From the human T2T-CHM13v2.0 reference genome, Homo sapiens: a stretch of DNA of 64,000 bases. The stretch's first letter is position 1, and every line of letters starts with the position of its first letter. Where the stretch lies: the NCBI RefSeq assembly GCF_009914755.1, contig NC_060925.1; one strand, written 5' to 3'. The translations under genes were made by a program, and so were the position numbers. The notes beneath the pieces are model-generated. The model was not told the DNA's origin. It saw only the letters and a program-made list of their open reading frames with translations, and searched no databases. Of the stretch, positions 16,418 to 36,589 are shown piece after piece.

Positions 16418-17250
16418 CTTTATGTTTACAGTTACACATTATCTTGTTATCAAATTTCTCCTCTTTACTGGATTATTTCAATCAGCATTTAAATATGTGA
16501 TATCTCCCATATTTTAAAAAAAGCTGCTTGATTCCACATACCCTTCCAACTACTCTACTTTTTGTGCCCCCTTTTTAGCAGCCTCCTTGGAAGAATTCTC
16601 ATGACTCACTATCTCTGCTTCTTCACCTCCTACTCTATCTTAAACGCCTCCTATTGGGCTTTTGTTTTCCTCCCTCCTCCAATGAAACTACTCTGCTAAA
16701 GTCCCACCCTGTCAAATCCAGTCTTCATCTGAAAGCTTGCAGCATTCGATCCAGCTGACCACTTTCTCCTTTCTTTGCTCAGCTTCTACGTTGTCATCTT
16801 CTCGTAGTTTTCCTCCTGTCCACCAGCTTCACCCTGGAAGTCCTCGTCTCCTCCACTGCGTCTTTGTCCTCCCCACTCTAAATGCTTGAGGCCTCAGCGT
16901 TTAAGCTTTAGAACCTCAATAACCTCATTCAGGCATTAGGTTGCAGTAAAGTGAAAATGACTGAATGAATGAAGAGTGGTGCTGAGGCCCTCTCTGTGTG
17001 ATGGAAACTTTCCCACAACCCCATCAGGATACCTGCTGTGTCCTGTCTTCAACACATGACCACTTAACATGGCCCAGGGAATGTCTCGTAGTCAGTCCAT
17101 ATAGTAACTGTTAACGGAATGTCATGTTTTTGTAAACATTAACATGGATAAAAGTTCTGATATTTACTTCCACCCTCAGTGGATCATTCTGCGCTTCCCT
17201 TAGGGGAAGACTACTTGGGAGACCACTGGGTTAGAAGATGGAACTTTGAG

Positions 17251-17552
<302 letters not shown>

Positions 17553-18184
17553 GATGAGACATGGAGAGCAGGATTGCGGTTCTGACCTTTGAGCCAATTG
17601 GCCTCACAGGGGAGAAGTGTCTCCCCGAGATGAAGGATTGCTACTCTGACTGTTCACCTGTCTCAGACAAGCACAGGGTACTAAGTGGAGAAAAATCTAG
17701 CAAGTTCATAAAATAGGAATAAGTTAGTGAGAAGTCTCAACTCCAGATTACTCAAAGAAGTGGGCCAGATGTGACAAAATGCAGTAAAAGTAAGGAATGG
17801 GCAGACTGGCAAATAGGAAAATGCGTTTTCTTTCCAGAAGGAGCTACGATTATTTTAATAAGCTCATTAATACTTCACTGCAGCCTGCCAGTACTCATAG
17901 ATACACTGCCTAGCTGATGGGCTCACTAGCCAGACATGAGAAGTGAGCCTGTGGCTGTAAGGCAGAGCCTGGAGGAGCTGGGAGTTGGCCCAGCAGAATG
18001 AAGGGAGGGTGCTCCAGGTAGTGGAAGCAAGCACACTGGGTGTGAAGAAGCAGCATGCTTGGGGAATTACATGGAATTTAGAACTGCTGGAACATGAGAA
18101 TTAAGGGGCTGTGGTATGATATGATACTAAGGACTTTCTGTGACATGCTAAGAAATTTGGACTTTGTACTATATACTGTAGGGA

Positions 18185-18586
18185 TTTTTTTGTTTTTGTT
18201 ATTTTTATTTAAGTTCTAGGGTACATGTGCACAACATGCAGGCTCGTTACATAGGTATACATGTGCCATGCTGGCCTGCTGCACCCATCAACCCGTCATT
18301 TACATTAGGTATTTCTCTCAATGCTATCCCTACCCCTGCCCCCCACCCCACGACAGGCCCCAGTGTATGATGTTCCCCACCCTGTGTCCAAGTGTTCTCA
18401 TTGTTCAGTTCCCACCTGTGAGTGAGATCATGCGGTATTTGGTTTTCTGTCCTTGTGATAGTTTGCTCAGAATGATGGTTTCCAGCTTCATCCATGTCCC
18501 TGCAAAGGACATGAACTCATCCTTTTTTATGCCTGTATAGTATTCCATGGTGTATATGTGCCACGTTTTCTTAATCCAGTCTATCA
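18185..18586 (-). mobile_element. L1PA 3' end fragment (~L1PA7)
   Basis: Antisense L1 3'UTR: AAGTTCTAGGGTACATGTGCACAAC...CTTAATCCAGTCTATCA. Confidence 0.88.
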
Positions 18587-18867
18587 GATTTGAAGAGTGG
18601 ATATGTTATAGGAGTGAGGCAGGAGGAAAGGTGACATCACATTTTTATTTTAGAATAACAATTTGTTATGTATTTGGAGATGGGGCTAGCTGGCTGCAGT
18701 ATAACCAGTTAGGGCCTATTTATAGTAAATTAGATGAGTGTTGACAGGGTCTGAACTAAGATATAATTGTGCAGGGGAGAGGAGACTGATTTGAGATAAT
18801 TTTAGGAAACTGAATTGATAAAACTTGGTGACTTCCAGGATAGGTAGCATGAAAGACTGCTTCCAGA

Positions 18868-19161
<294 letters not shown>

Positions 19162-19539
19162 TGCTTCCAGGTTTTAACCTGAGAATTATGTGGGGAGTAA
19201 TGCCATTAAATAAAAAAAAGAAGCCATCTGAGTACCATGTGCCTGGCCCCACACTAAGCTCTTTGTATTCTCTTATTTCATCCTCACAACTACCCAGGGA
19301 AGTGAGTGTTGTTATTCATCACCATTCTTTGATTGAAGAGGTTGATGCTTAGAGAGGTAAAGTGACTTGCCCAGGGTCACACAGCTAGTGGCTGCAGAGC
19401 CTGGATGTAAGTGTGGCCTGACTTAAAGCCCACACTCTAGACCACTCTGCTGTTCAGCCATTTGCTCAGTTTTGTCTCAGAGTCTTCCCTCTTTTGAGCA
19501 CAACAGAAAGATGTTAGAAGTGGGACCCAGGCAGGCTGA

Positions 19540-19860
<321 letters not shown>

Positions 19861-21799
19861 ATGTGTTTATATATATATGCCATATATATATAGTCCTTAT
19901 ATGTATAATATATATATATAATAAGTATATGGCCTCTATATATAGTCCGTAGCATCATATTTTATACACACACACACACACACACACTTTTTTTCTTAGA
20001 GAAATGGGGTCTCAAAGCGATCCTTCTGCCTCAGCCTCCCAAAGTGCTGAGATTACAGGTTTGAGCCACCACACCTGGCCTAGAGGCTACACATTGAAGC
20101 ACGTGCTAGGAAGTGGAGGAGGAGAAATAGGTTTAGAGAGAGAGATGATGAATTCGGTTTTAGACTTGTTGAAATTGAGGTGTCTGCTAGATACCTTGCA
20201 TCAAGACAGAAAATACAAATAATATACTGTTTGTATATGATGTTTTATAAGTAAGTGAGAAAATCAGGGGGAAGAGAAAATAAAAGGAAAATGTAGGCAA
20301 AGTGAAATTAGTTTTATGTGTGACTCATGCTACATGTCCTGTGCTCTCACTGGTCCTGACCTTTCTAACAAAAAACAGAGGGAAATCCTATCAGTGAGCA
20401 ACTCTAGACATAGAGGTTGGAGGTCACAGCACAGATTTTATTGAAGTTGGGAGAGTAGGTGAGATTTCCTGGGAGAATGTCTGGGGCAGTGATTCTCCAT
20501 CTTTGAAGTACACAAGAATCACCTGTGAGGCTTATTTACAATGCAAGTTACTGGAGTCTACCTCAGAAAGCCTGATTCTGGGGGTCTGGAGTGGGAGTGA
20601 GTGACCAGCATGCAACCCAGGTGATTCTAAAGCAGGTGGACTCATGGCCAACTTGAGAAATTTGGGGGTGAAATAACTTAAGAACAAGGCCGAGAAAGCT
20701 CCAAATGAGTTTTAAAATGGATGTGTGCAAACCCTAAGGATCAACCAGGATAATCCACTGGGTGCAGAAAGCATATGGAGCTTCAACTTCTGTTTTAATC
20801 TCAACTTTAGTTCTATTTAAATATGTTTAAAATGTGTGTTTTATTCATTTGGTAGGCAATTTAAGTGATTTATAAGTAAATTCATATAGTTAGTAGGTGA
20901 TGGATTCCAGGTGTGAACTTGGGTCTTACTGCCTTGAAATCCTTTGTTCCATGATACCATACTGCCTCAGAAGTAGAGTTCTTCATTAATTTCATGTGGT
21001 TTGTTAATGGGAGGGTAGGAACTCGAATTTCACACACTTCTCCCAGTCCTGTAATTCCAGTGTTATCCGCCATTCTTAGTAAGAGGTGTGAGGTCTTGGA
21101 GTTAGGTAAGAGGGCAGCCCATCTGACCTATTTGTAAAGGTCGATTGTGTCTTTTAAGTGTCCCTTGTTCCTCAAAGGCTGGAAGAAAGAAACGATTTCC
21201 TTGTTCCATCTTTTGCTGCCAGGAATGAATAAAGCAGAGGAGTTTGTGCTTCTAATCTACTTCTTCACAAAGGAAAAGATTTGTCATGCTTCTTTGGAAA
21301 TGGGACTGAATTCTGATGTATTAGCTTTTACATATGAAAATTTGTATTTTAATTCCTTGAGTTTGAATAACAGATAATATGGGAAATCTAATATCATACA
21401 GGCTCAGAATATCTGCTCTGTTCAGTATCAAACTTATCCTTTGCAAACTCTCTTCTTCCTGTTGGTTTGTTTTTAATTTTGACCAATAATACCACTGGTT
21501 CTTGGCCCCCATGTCCAGCCCAGCTAGTCAGGAAATCCAGTCATTTCCACCTTTTTAGTATTGTATGTCTCATCTTTAGTATATCGTCTGTGCTATAAGT
21601 CTTATACCACTATCCTGTTTAAAATTCTTCTGGAAAGCCAAGTAAACTAGAAAGGATAAAGTTGAAACTTGTTAGCATGGCACATGTGGTCCTTCCTGAT
21701 GTGGCCGTAGCCTGCCTTTTCAGACCCATCTCTTTCTACTTCCTACTCAAGTGAATTTGATTCCTGCTTCAAGCAACAGGAACAGCTCCTTTTTCTTAA

Positions 21800-22336
<537 letters not shown>

Positions 22337-22448
22337 TAACAGTTGATTTCTTGATAACTAGGACTGTTTACTTCCAGGATTAGATGGCATTTTATTCATT
22401 TAAACTTGTCAAGCAAGAATAACCTCTTTGTTCTTTTTGTTTCCCTAG

Positions 22449-22529
22449 TATCGGTTTTATGGAGAACCTGTAATAAAAGCATGTATTGAAAATGGAGCCA
22501 GTTGTATCGACATCAGTGGAGAACCTCAG
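22449..22529 (+). CDS. SCCPDH: SCCPDH exon 3
   Basis: ccctag|YRFYGEPVIKACIENGASCIDISGEPQ|gtataa; 81 nt. Confidence 0.97.
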
Positions 22530-22893
22530 GTATAAAAAATAAAAAGGAAAAACGTAGAATTAACACATAAATTTCGGTTTAATGAAGTGGAAATATTTAG
22601 TGTAATTTTGCAGACATATTTAGAAGCCGACAACTCCTTTCTAGCATTCAGATATGGTATTCGTGTGGTATTCCATTGATAGCTCAAAGGAGAGCGCTGA
22701 TGGTAAGGTCTTAGCTTCAGTTTTCTGAATTTTTTCCCTCCCTACAACATCATTTCTTATAGGTCTGTGCTTATTATAGCTACTTCATGCTTTAAACTGA
22801 ATCAATTAAAATAGCGGACTGTGCATAATTCTTAGAATCTCAATTCTGTCATGTTTTCATTTTGAATTCCCTTTTAAAAATCAGGTACCTTTA

Positions 22894-23201
<308 letters not shown>

Positions 23202-23722
23202 TTACCTTTATAACATTACAGAAAAATAAAGGTAAAATTCACTAGTGTAAAATCAACCTAAACATTTTAAATGTTCACATTTATTGAATGCTTACCATAT
23301 GCCCAACATTGTGCTAAGTGTTTTATGTAACTTTTTAAAAATATACCTATAGGGTAGTTATCTTCCTCCATTTTTTGTAGATGAGGAAATTAAAGCTTAG
23401 GAAGCTTAAGTAACTCACTCAGTAATGCACCTAGTAATGCACCTAGTAATGCACCTAGTAAGTAGAAGAACTAGGTCTTCAATTGAGGTTTGCCTGACCA
23501 CAGGAAGTTATGTGTTAACAGGCATTAAGCTCTACTACAGCCTTTAAAATGGTAACCTCATGTGTCTCTGTAGTAACTACTGATTATCATCATCAGCATG
23601 CCAATATGATATTAATATGCATTTGCAGTTTATCAATTGGTAAAATACTGGAAAATACTGAGACAGTGTAAATTACAAAAATTGATTCAAAAAGGAGGAA
23701 ACAAATTAAAAAAAAAAAAAAA

Positions 23723-25398
<1,676 letters not shown>

Positions 25399-25433
25399 TT
25401 ATGTAGCTTCTCCACATTTATGTGCAAGCAGCT

Positions 25434-25630
25434 GTGTGTGTGACTGAGTGTGTTAATGTGTTTGTATGTGTGTGACTATGTTAGTGTGACTTAATGTGTT
25501 TGTGTGTGCATGAGCAAGTGTGTGTGTGTGATTGTGTTCGTGTGTGTTTGTGTATGTGCATGAATGGGTGTGTGTGGTGTGTGTTTGTGTCTGGTATGTG
25601 CTTGAACAGGTGTGATTGTGTTTGTGTGTC
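25434..25630. repeat. Degenerate (TG)n low-complexity tract
   Basis: TG-rich throughout. Confidence 0.9.
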
Positions 25631-26646
25631 ACCTTCTGGGAGAGGGAGCATAAATTGACAGTGGAGAAACCTGGTGAACACTGCCTCAGCCAGGTGTTCA
25701 AGTCAGCATTAACCCTGGTAAATCATGTTGACAGTGCGTAGCCCCGATGTGATATGATATGATAAGAATAGCACTTTACCCCTGTGGTCTCTTTCCAAAA
25801 CTCATAATAATAATGAGAAAAGCATGAGACAAATTCCAGTAGAGGGGCACTCTACAAAATGCCTGACCAGTACTCCTCAAAACCATCAAGGTCATCAGAG
25901 ACAAGGAAAGTGTGAGAAACCGTCGCAGCCAAAAGAAGCCGAAGGAGACGTAACAACCGAATGTAATCCTGGATGGGATCCTGGAGCAGAAAAAGGGGTT
26001 CAGTTAAAACTAAGGGAATCAGAATGAACTGTGAACTTTAGTGAATTAAATCATATATGTCAGTACTGGTTCATTAATTGTAACCACTGTTCATGTAAAA
26101 GATGTTAAAAATAGAGAAAACTGGGTTTCAGAGTACTTGGGAACTCTCTACTATTCAATTTTTCTGTAAATCTTAAACTGTTTTTAAAAAGGAATTTCTA
26201 AAAACAGGCAGAAGAGCAGAGCAGACATTATTCCCCTGTGCCCTCTGCCACCATCTACTTTCCTGCTCTCTGTCTGTACGTGTGCGGAGCTTTATGTCTG
26301 TGATGATGTTCATCTGGGTAATGCTGTTTGGGGTCATTTTTTTTTTGCTTTCTATTTTTTATATTTTAATATTTTATAATAGGCATTACTTTTATATTTA
26401 AAAGTCATTCTAAAAAAATTAAGTGTCATACAGTCAGACGAGCACAACTTCTGTACCACCTGGTGTGCAGTAGGCGCTGTATTTGCCGAATAAGTGGAAA
26501 ATATTTTGACAGTTAATGTTTTGCTGCAGAGCCACACTGCTTAGCATTTTCAAAGTTTGGTTGCTTTGTTTTTAAAGATAAATTATTTAATACTGGTCTA
26601 CATCTTTCTGCATAACTAATTAAAATTCTTATCCTGGATTTTTTAG

Positions 26647-26776
26647 TTTCTGGAACTAATGCAACTGAAGTATCATGAGAAAGCTGCAGACAAAGGGGTT
26701 TATATCATTGGAAGCAGCGGCTTTGACTCCATTCCAGCAGATCTGGGAGTAATATATACCAGAAATAAAATGAATG
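26647..26776 (+). CDS. SCCPDH: SCCPDH exon 4
   Basis: ttttag|FLELMQLKYHEKAADKGVYIIGSSGFDSIPADLGVIYTRNKMN G|gtaatt; 130 nt. Confidence 0.97.
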
Positions 26777-27272
26777 GTAATTATTGATCAATAAGCAATA
26801 ATGGAATTTAACAGTACCGTGCAAAGGCTTCATGTTTCTAACTGTGGTGAACTAAAATCTAGTTGAAAAAAGAAACATAGCCATAAATGGGTAATATTAA
26901 ACACATGTTTTGTTTTTAATATAGCTGCACTTTTAATAAAATGCTATTGAGACTATTGTTGAGACATGGATAATACTGTATTTTACAGTGATATATTATT
27001 GTCTCAGTATAGTTTGGGCTGTAAAATTTCTGGAAAACAACTTTGGCAACGTTATAAATTCAAACTTGCTTTGTTTAGGAATCAGCACATTTTAAAGCAT
27101 AATTTGTATATTATAGTTAAAAGGTTTTAAATTTTTAACCGTCAAAGCTAGAAAGTATTGAACACAGAATTGGAGACACTTATTTAAGAATGGAGAAAAT
27201 AATGTTACGATAAAACATTTGAAGTTACTGATGTTTTGCATATTTAAGAGTGTCTGGTTTAGAAAATTACCT

Positions 27273-28740
<1,468 letters not shown>

Positions 28741-29589
28741 TTAGAAGTTTTCTTCATGATAATCCTGTTTCTTGAGGTTGTTCTCTGCTTTTATTTTGAA
28801 TAAGCCTTTTTTTCCTTCATAAGGGAGAAATATTAGTTTAAGGTTTGTTTAAAATTTTTTTCAGATCCTGACACCTAGAAGTCAGCATTTTAGCAAGCAC
28901 CCCAGCTGATTGTTGATGCAGGTGGTCCACTTTTATTGGATTACCGCTTTAGGTGTTCTGTGTTCTTCTGCGGATCGGGTTAGATCACAGAGCCGCACAC
29001 CCAGGCCACATTCTTTTAGTAACCATCAGAATCGCTCTAGTGAGTTATACGTTAATGATCTGCTTTTTATTTTTGTCTGTGGTCAGACTAACGACATTTA
29101 TCTGGCTGTAGTTCTCTTCTGCTGCAACAGCTTTGTTGATGACGTGGTTATTTATTATTTTGCTTGGTGTCAACTTTGTAAGGCCCCATGTTTTAATTTT
29201 CTCTTAGAATTAAAACCAGGAACATTGTCTCTTAAGGAATGAATATATTTCATTTATCAGATTTTGAGAATTAGCCAGCCCATTATATTTTTCTTTTGCC
29301 TCAATGTTCTTGAGAAACTCAATAATTAAATACTTAACCACTATGCCTGTATATTAGTCTTCATGGGTAATATACTTGATGTCCCCTTTTTCCTGGCTTG
29401 GTTTCCAATTTTTATTTTATACTTCTTTTTATTTCATTTTAGTAGTCTTGTTTTGAGTGTTTTATATGCTATCACAGAGGGTGTTTTGATAGTTTTTGTG
29501 TACATTCATTGTAAGCCACTGTTAATAAGCCTTTTGAAAGCTGTCATATTTTAAAGCAGAATAATTCCCATGGATCTAACTTCTTCCTT

Positions 29590-30191
<602 letters not shown>

Positions 30192-30550
30192 TCAATTGTT
30201 GCTTTATTGGGGGAGATTCTTACTGTCATCAGTTTTTAAATACTAGAAAAGATTTTGTCACAGTGAAATGTGAATTGAATATCTTCAAAATATTCAGTGT
30301 TCCAATCCTTAGACCTAATAGAGATAGAGTTTATGCTAGACTACTCTTTCTGATGGTTTACCTGGCCATAGCTACTTCGTAAGTCTGTGTACAAAAACAT
30401 AATAAAACTGTTGTCTGTACAAATTTTCTGTGTCAGCTGTAGGCTTAGAAAAGCTAGTCCCTAAGTGAATACGCATTGTTTATTATTACTTACCCCAAAT
30501 AATTTAGATGTTATTTTATTTTGCTTTTTACCATTCTCCTACTCTTTTAG

Positions 30551-30600
30551 GTACTTTGACTGCTGTGGAAAGTTTCCTGACTATACATTCAGGACCTGAG
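30551..30600 (+). CDS. SCCPDH: SCCPDH exon 5
   Basis: ttttag|(G)TLTAVESFLTIHSGPE|gttggt; 50 nt. Confidence 0.96.
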
Positions 30601-30751
30601 GTTGGTTTTTTGGTTTGTCTTGTGTTGTTTCAAGTTAATATTAAAAATATTTTGGAAATGATACATGTGTCTTTTAGGTATGTATAATTTTTAATGTGTG
30701 AAAGTCACCATGTTTAATTTTTAAAAAGATACATTGCCAAGATTACTTTGA

Positions 30752-31400
<649 letters not shown>

Positions 31401-31632
31401 CCTAAAATATAATTTCTTTTAAAAACAACTGCACAGTTCATTGTATTAGAATGAATTATCATGATCTCAACACTAAAGCATTTATCACTGGTGCACAGTA
31501 AATGTTGTTGGCCAGGAAAATTTTCACCTTAGTGCAAGTCAGCATAGTTTTATCATGCGCCTAACTTAGGTACTGCTGTGACCAAACAGAGGTGTATGAG
31601 GTGAATCTAGTCTTACTGAATCTACAGTGCAT

Positions 31633-31692
31633 TTGGGAACGTAAGACATTGACGTTGGGAACGTAAGACATTGACGTTGGGAACGTAAGACA
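31633..31692. repeat. 22-bp tandem repeat, ~2.7 copies
   Basis: TTGGGAACGTAAGACATTGACG at 31633, 31655 and 31677. Confidence 0.92.
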
Positions 31693-32242
31693 GTTGCATT
31701 TCTGGGAAAGGACCATGTTTTATGACAATACTTTTATGCTGATAGTGCCTAACCCAGTTCTAGGTCTGCACTGTGGCTTCAGAAGTATTTGTTCTAAATT
31801 ATATTCATTCAACAAATATTGTATAGTGGTGCAAATGCATATAGTAACTGTGCAAGAGAAAATGACATGTAAATGAATAAGATGCAAACCCTACCTTTAA
31901 AGTGTAATAATTTAGTTTGGCAGGAAAGAAAAAAATGTTTGTTATTAAAGAGATCAGATGAAATACTGTAGGATTCTAAGAATGGCGAATACATCTAACT
32001 AAGAGTCCAGAGATCATGAACTTTCTGGAGAAGCTGGGATATAGCTGAATTTCAAGGGCTGGTGCTGTGGAGATGTGAAGGAAGAGGAAATAGTGTATCA
32101 AAGACAAAGATGGGGTGGGATGGAACGTGTTTAATAAGAGGAAGTACTTTCTTCATCTCGATTGTGGGTTCAGATTAACGTAAAGAGGTATGTAAAATAT
32201 GCTAAAATTTGTGGTTACACAGACTCTTTAGTAGAGTATAAG

Positions 32243-33016
32243 TGTAGTAGGACAAGCCACAGACAAAACCCCTCAGACACCGAGTTAAAGAAGGAAGGGC
32301 TGGCCGGGCATGGTGGCTCACGCCTGTAATCCCAGCACTTTGGGAGGCCGAGGCGGGCAGATCACGAGGTCAGGAGATCGAGACCATCCTGGCTAACACG
32401 GTGAAACCCCGTCTCTACTAAAAATACAAAAAATTAGCTGGGCGTGGTGGCAGGCACCTGTAGTCCCAGCTACTCAGGAGGCTGAGGCAGGAGAGTGGCG
32501 TGAACCCGGGAGGCAGAGTTTGCAGTGAGCCAAGATCGCACCGCTGCACTCCAGCCTGGGCGACAGAGCGAGACTCCATCTCAAAAAAAAAAAAAAAAAA
32601 AAAAAAAGAAGGAAGGGCTTTATTTGGCTGGAGCTTCAGCAAGACTCACATCTCCAACAACTGAGCTCCCCGAGTGAGCAATTGCTGTCCCTTTTAAGGG
32701 CTTACAACTCTAAGGGGGTCCACGTGAGAGGATCGTGATCGATTGAGCAAGCAGGGGGTACATAACTGGGGGCTGCATGCACCGGCAATCAGAACGGAAC
32801 AGAACAGGACAGGGATTTTCACAGTGCTTTTCCATACAATGTCTGGAATCTATAGATAACACAACCGGTCAGGTCAAGGGTCAATCTGTAACCAGGCCCA
32901 GGACGCGGCGCCGGGCTGTCTGCCTGTGGATTTCATTTCTGCCTTTTAGTTTTTACTTCTTTCTTTGGAGGCAGAAACTGGGCATAAGACAATATTAGGG
33001 GTGGTCTCCTCCCTTA
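32243..33016 (-). mobile_element. LTR2-family (HERV-E/Harlequin) solo LTR containing an AluY
   Basis: Reverse complement reads TAAGGGAGGAGACCACCCC...GTCCTACTACA; 4-bp TSD TAAG at 32239-32242 and 33017-33020. Confidence 0.88.
32302..32604 (+). mobile_element. AluY inserted in LTR2
   Basis: AluY diagnostic GAGATCGAGACCATCCTGGCTAACACGG; 15-bp TSD AAAGAAGGAAGGGCT (32287-32301, 32605-32619); long pure A tail. Confidence 0.95.
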
Positions 33017-33033
33017 TAAGAATAAAAAGAAGT

Positions 33034-33413
<380 letters not shown>

Positions 33414-34599
33414 TCAAAGGCAGCAACTGGAACAAAGGCTCAGAAACAAGAATGAGAAAAGCATGCTTGGGACCCTTGGTAGCATGTGTTAGAAACCCAG
33501 CTTAAACCAACAAAACAAAAAAGAATCTATTGATTCATGTAACCAAATGCCTGAGAGTAAATCATATGGCTGGATCTAGATGTTCAAATGATACTGTCCG
33601 AACTCTTTTTTTCCCCTCTTGTTTCTCCCTTTTTGTCTCTTTCTTTTCTTCTGCTTTTCTTTATGTAGGCTCCGGACAGAGCAGGGAAGGTACTGGCATC
33701 CCCAAGTATACTTTGTAATAAAGGTTCATGATTTCTTGGGAAGAGCTACCCAGTTTATATGTCAAACAATAGAGAAGATTAGTCATTTTGCTCATTCTTA
33801 AGCCAGTTGATGTGACCTGGGGTAATAGAGTGTGAACCCAGAAAATCTGAGACAGGTTTCAGTTAATTAAGAAAGTTAGGCTGGGCACGGTGGCTCATGC
33901 CTATAATCCCAGCACTTTGAGGGGCCAAAGCATGTGGGTCACCTGAGGTCAGGAGTTTGAGACCAGCCTGGCTGTTAGAAATAAATTTTCAGTGCCGCAA
34001 AAGAAATAGCGCTGAAACATAAAATTTCTCAGCAAGGCAACTTTACTTCTATAGAAGGGTGCATCTCGTGGATGGAGCAATGGTGAGAGCACACCTGAAC
34101 AAGGGAGGGGAAGGTGTTCTTATCCCTGACACAGGTAGCCCCTACTGCTGTGTCATTCCCCTTTTGGCTAGGGTTGGACTGCACAGTCTAAGCTAATTCC
34201 GATTGGCTATTTTAAAGAGAGCAGGGGTACGAGGAAGGACAGTTACAGAACAAGTGGCTCAGGATGACTAAGAACAGAGCAGGTGACCAAGGGTGACTAA
34301 GATCAGAGCAGGTGATAGAGGCTAGGAGGGGGTTGTTTACTGAAACTAGGGTCAAGGAGACGTAAAGAACGAGGATGTTAAACTTTAAAGAACAAAGAAC
34401 AGGGGAGCGGAACATAACTGACACATTGGTTCTTTGGAGAGGATCTCAGGACTCATTGTACGTAACAATTTACAGGCTGAAACCTTCGAAGAGGAATTTA
34501 TTCTATCCTACCATTTCCCCCCTTTCAATTTTCTTGTTATTTCCTCTTCAAACTTTTTTTAACATGTCTTGGCTTTGCTGCTCGACTTTATCCTCTAAA

Positions 34600-36575
34600 A
34601 GAAAAAGCTGATCTGAATAGGGTGGAGGAGAGCTAAGGGAGGTTTTAGTTAGTGCTGCATCTGTAAGTCTTTGACTAGCCCACGGATGCACGGTATGACA
34701 CAACACCCACCAAGAATGAGTACACCTGTTACAGCTGCAAGAGAAGTAAGAATTGAGGCTGAGTTCTTTCCATTTACCAAACCACCTTTCTAGCCACCCG
34801 GAGAAAGGGTTATCGGCTCCAGAATTTTAGCTAGTTCATGGGACAAAGCGGTAAGTCTTTGTAAGGCACTCGTTGTGCTCCCAGTGGGGGTAGTGTTGTT
34901 TGGGATTAAGGTACAACACTGAGTTTCAATCATAACACAAACACCGCCTTTTTTGGCTAATATATCTAGGACCATTCTGTTTTCCCAAGCCATCTGGCTA
35001 GTGGGCCCCAATTGTTCTGCTATCCCTTTGACAGTATCCCTGGTGTAATTACTAAACCACTGCTGATTATAATAGATGTAATGTATCCAGTCTTTGTTTT
35101 TATTAATTGTCACCTGTAAAAATATTGACTTAAATCCTGCAGCTATTTGATCTCGAGATTTAAATTCATCTGGTTCTCCTCATGGAACTCCAGTAGCGTT
35201 TATATAAACATGGGGGTCAAAGGACCCATGTGGGGCACTTCTTTTATGATTTTCTTTTTTATCATGTTGACAGAATGCTAGGGTGGAAGGGATGGCCAAC
35301 TGGACTAGAGCACAAGTGCTGCTCTAATTACTTGCAGAATACCCAGCAATAGTCCCCCGCAATACCACCACGCACCTGCTCGAGGATGAACAAGGGCAGA
35401 CTGGTGGGTAAGCTCTGGAAAAGGCTTGGTTTCACTGCACCCTGTTAAGTCTCCAAGGAATGCTAACTTTTCCGTCTGCCGTGAAAGGCACGAGGTGAAG
35501 TTAATATCAGGCTGGAGGCCACATGGCCCTCGGGGGCTGACCCACAAGGCTCTTGACCTCAGGGAACAGCAGTGAAAGAGTCTTGCATGACTCATCGCCT
35601 CGGCTGTAGGGTTCTGGAAGAGAGCTACCACACAGCTCATGCCCAGTCATGAGAGAACCACCCAGGTGGAAAGGGGACAGTTTGGGTATCTGGCCTGCCT
35701 GTTGCACAAGCATAACCGTCGCTTTTGTTTAGCGTGCAAACAGAATATTTTATCCATTCCAGCCAAGCATTTGCATCCAGATACCCTGTTTCAATTGCTG
35801 TAGTTTGTTTTAAATCTTTAACCTCTACAGTAGCTACATAGGTTTTATCATTGGGTATATAATGAGAGAAAGTTTGGTTAGTGGAGAACTTAGACGAGGG
35901 AGAAGGGGGTGCAGGATGTGAGGAGGCAATGAAGTACATTTCAAAGGATCCTATGGGGTCCTTCCCTGAGACTTCTCCTACACCACAGAAATGGCCTAAT
36001 GAAGGGGAAGAACTCTGGGGAGCAGCAGTCGTCATCTGTGCTGGATTACATTGGTTCAGCTGACCATGGGGAGGGGAAACTCCTTTAGTAAAATGAATGT
36101 ATGGTTTTAAGAAGCTGCAAGTACTAGTTGGGGCCGTCCGTCCTTGCTCTTTGGTGTTTTATAGAGCATCGGACAAATTTCGGCAGAGAAGCTCTGCTCT
36201 AGGAGGACAAGATTCCCAGTTCATACTGGACTCTTTGTCAAAGTCCTCCCAAACTAACTTATCTCAGTTAACAGATTTCCAGTCTGAGGAGAGCTAGGAA
36301 GGATAAAGATACTTTTCTAAAGTGTAGATTTGCCTCTGGTTTGACAAATCTTCACAGGGCATCAGAAGGCAAGCGTCAAAAGTAATGGTTTGGGGTGAAC
36401 TTGACCTAGTTACACTAGTAAAGAGAGGACTAGCAATAGAAGGGGAAAAGAAAGAGATGCAGTATAGGAGGTTCAAACCCATTTTCGCTTTAGCTTGGTT
36501 GGAGTTGGCCCTGGAATAGCTGTCCATGATTCTGGAGGGGGTGGTGCTCTTTGGACCCAGGTGTAATGAGTCCAT
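34600..36575 (-). pseudogene. ERV env remnant (gamma-type SU/TM)
   Basis: TM immunosuppressive-like WENRMVLDILAKKGGVC and CX6CC motif CVMIETQCC in ORF 34790-35113; fragmented upstream SU ORFs. Confidence 0.85.
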
Positions 36576-36589
36576 CCTCTTTCTGCTGT

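Noticed and set aside
23421-23463. 12-bp repeat AGTAATGCACCT x3
   Set aside because: Small slippage duplication inside a MIR-like element; nothing suggests function
25434-25701. His/Thr-rich ORFs on the - strand
   Set aside because: Translation artefact of the degenerate (TG)n tract
34600-36575. ERV env as a captured syncytin-like gene
   Set aside because: Split into several short ORFs in different frames, and the upstream LTR promoter is deleted
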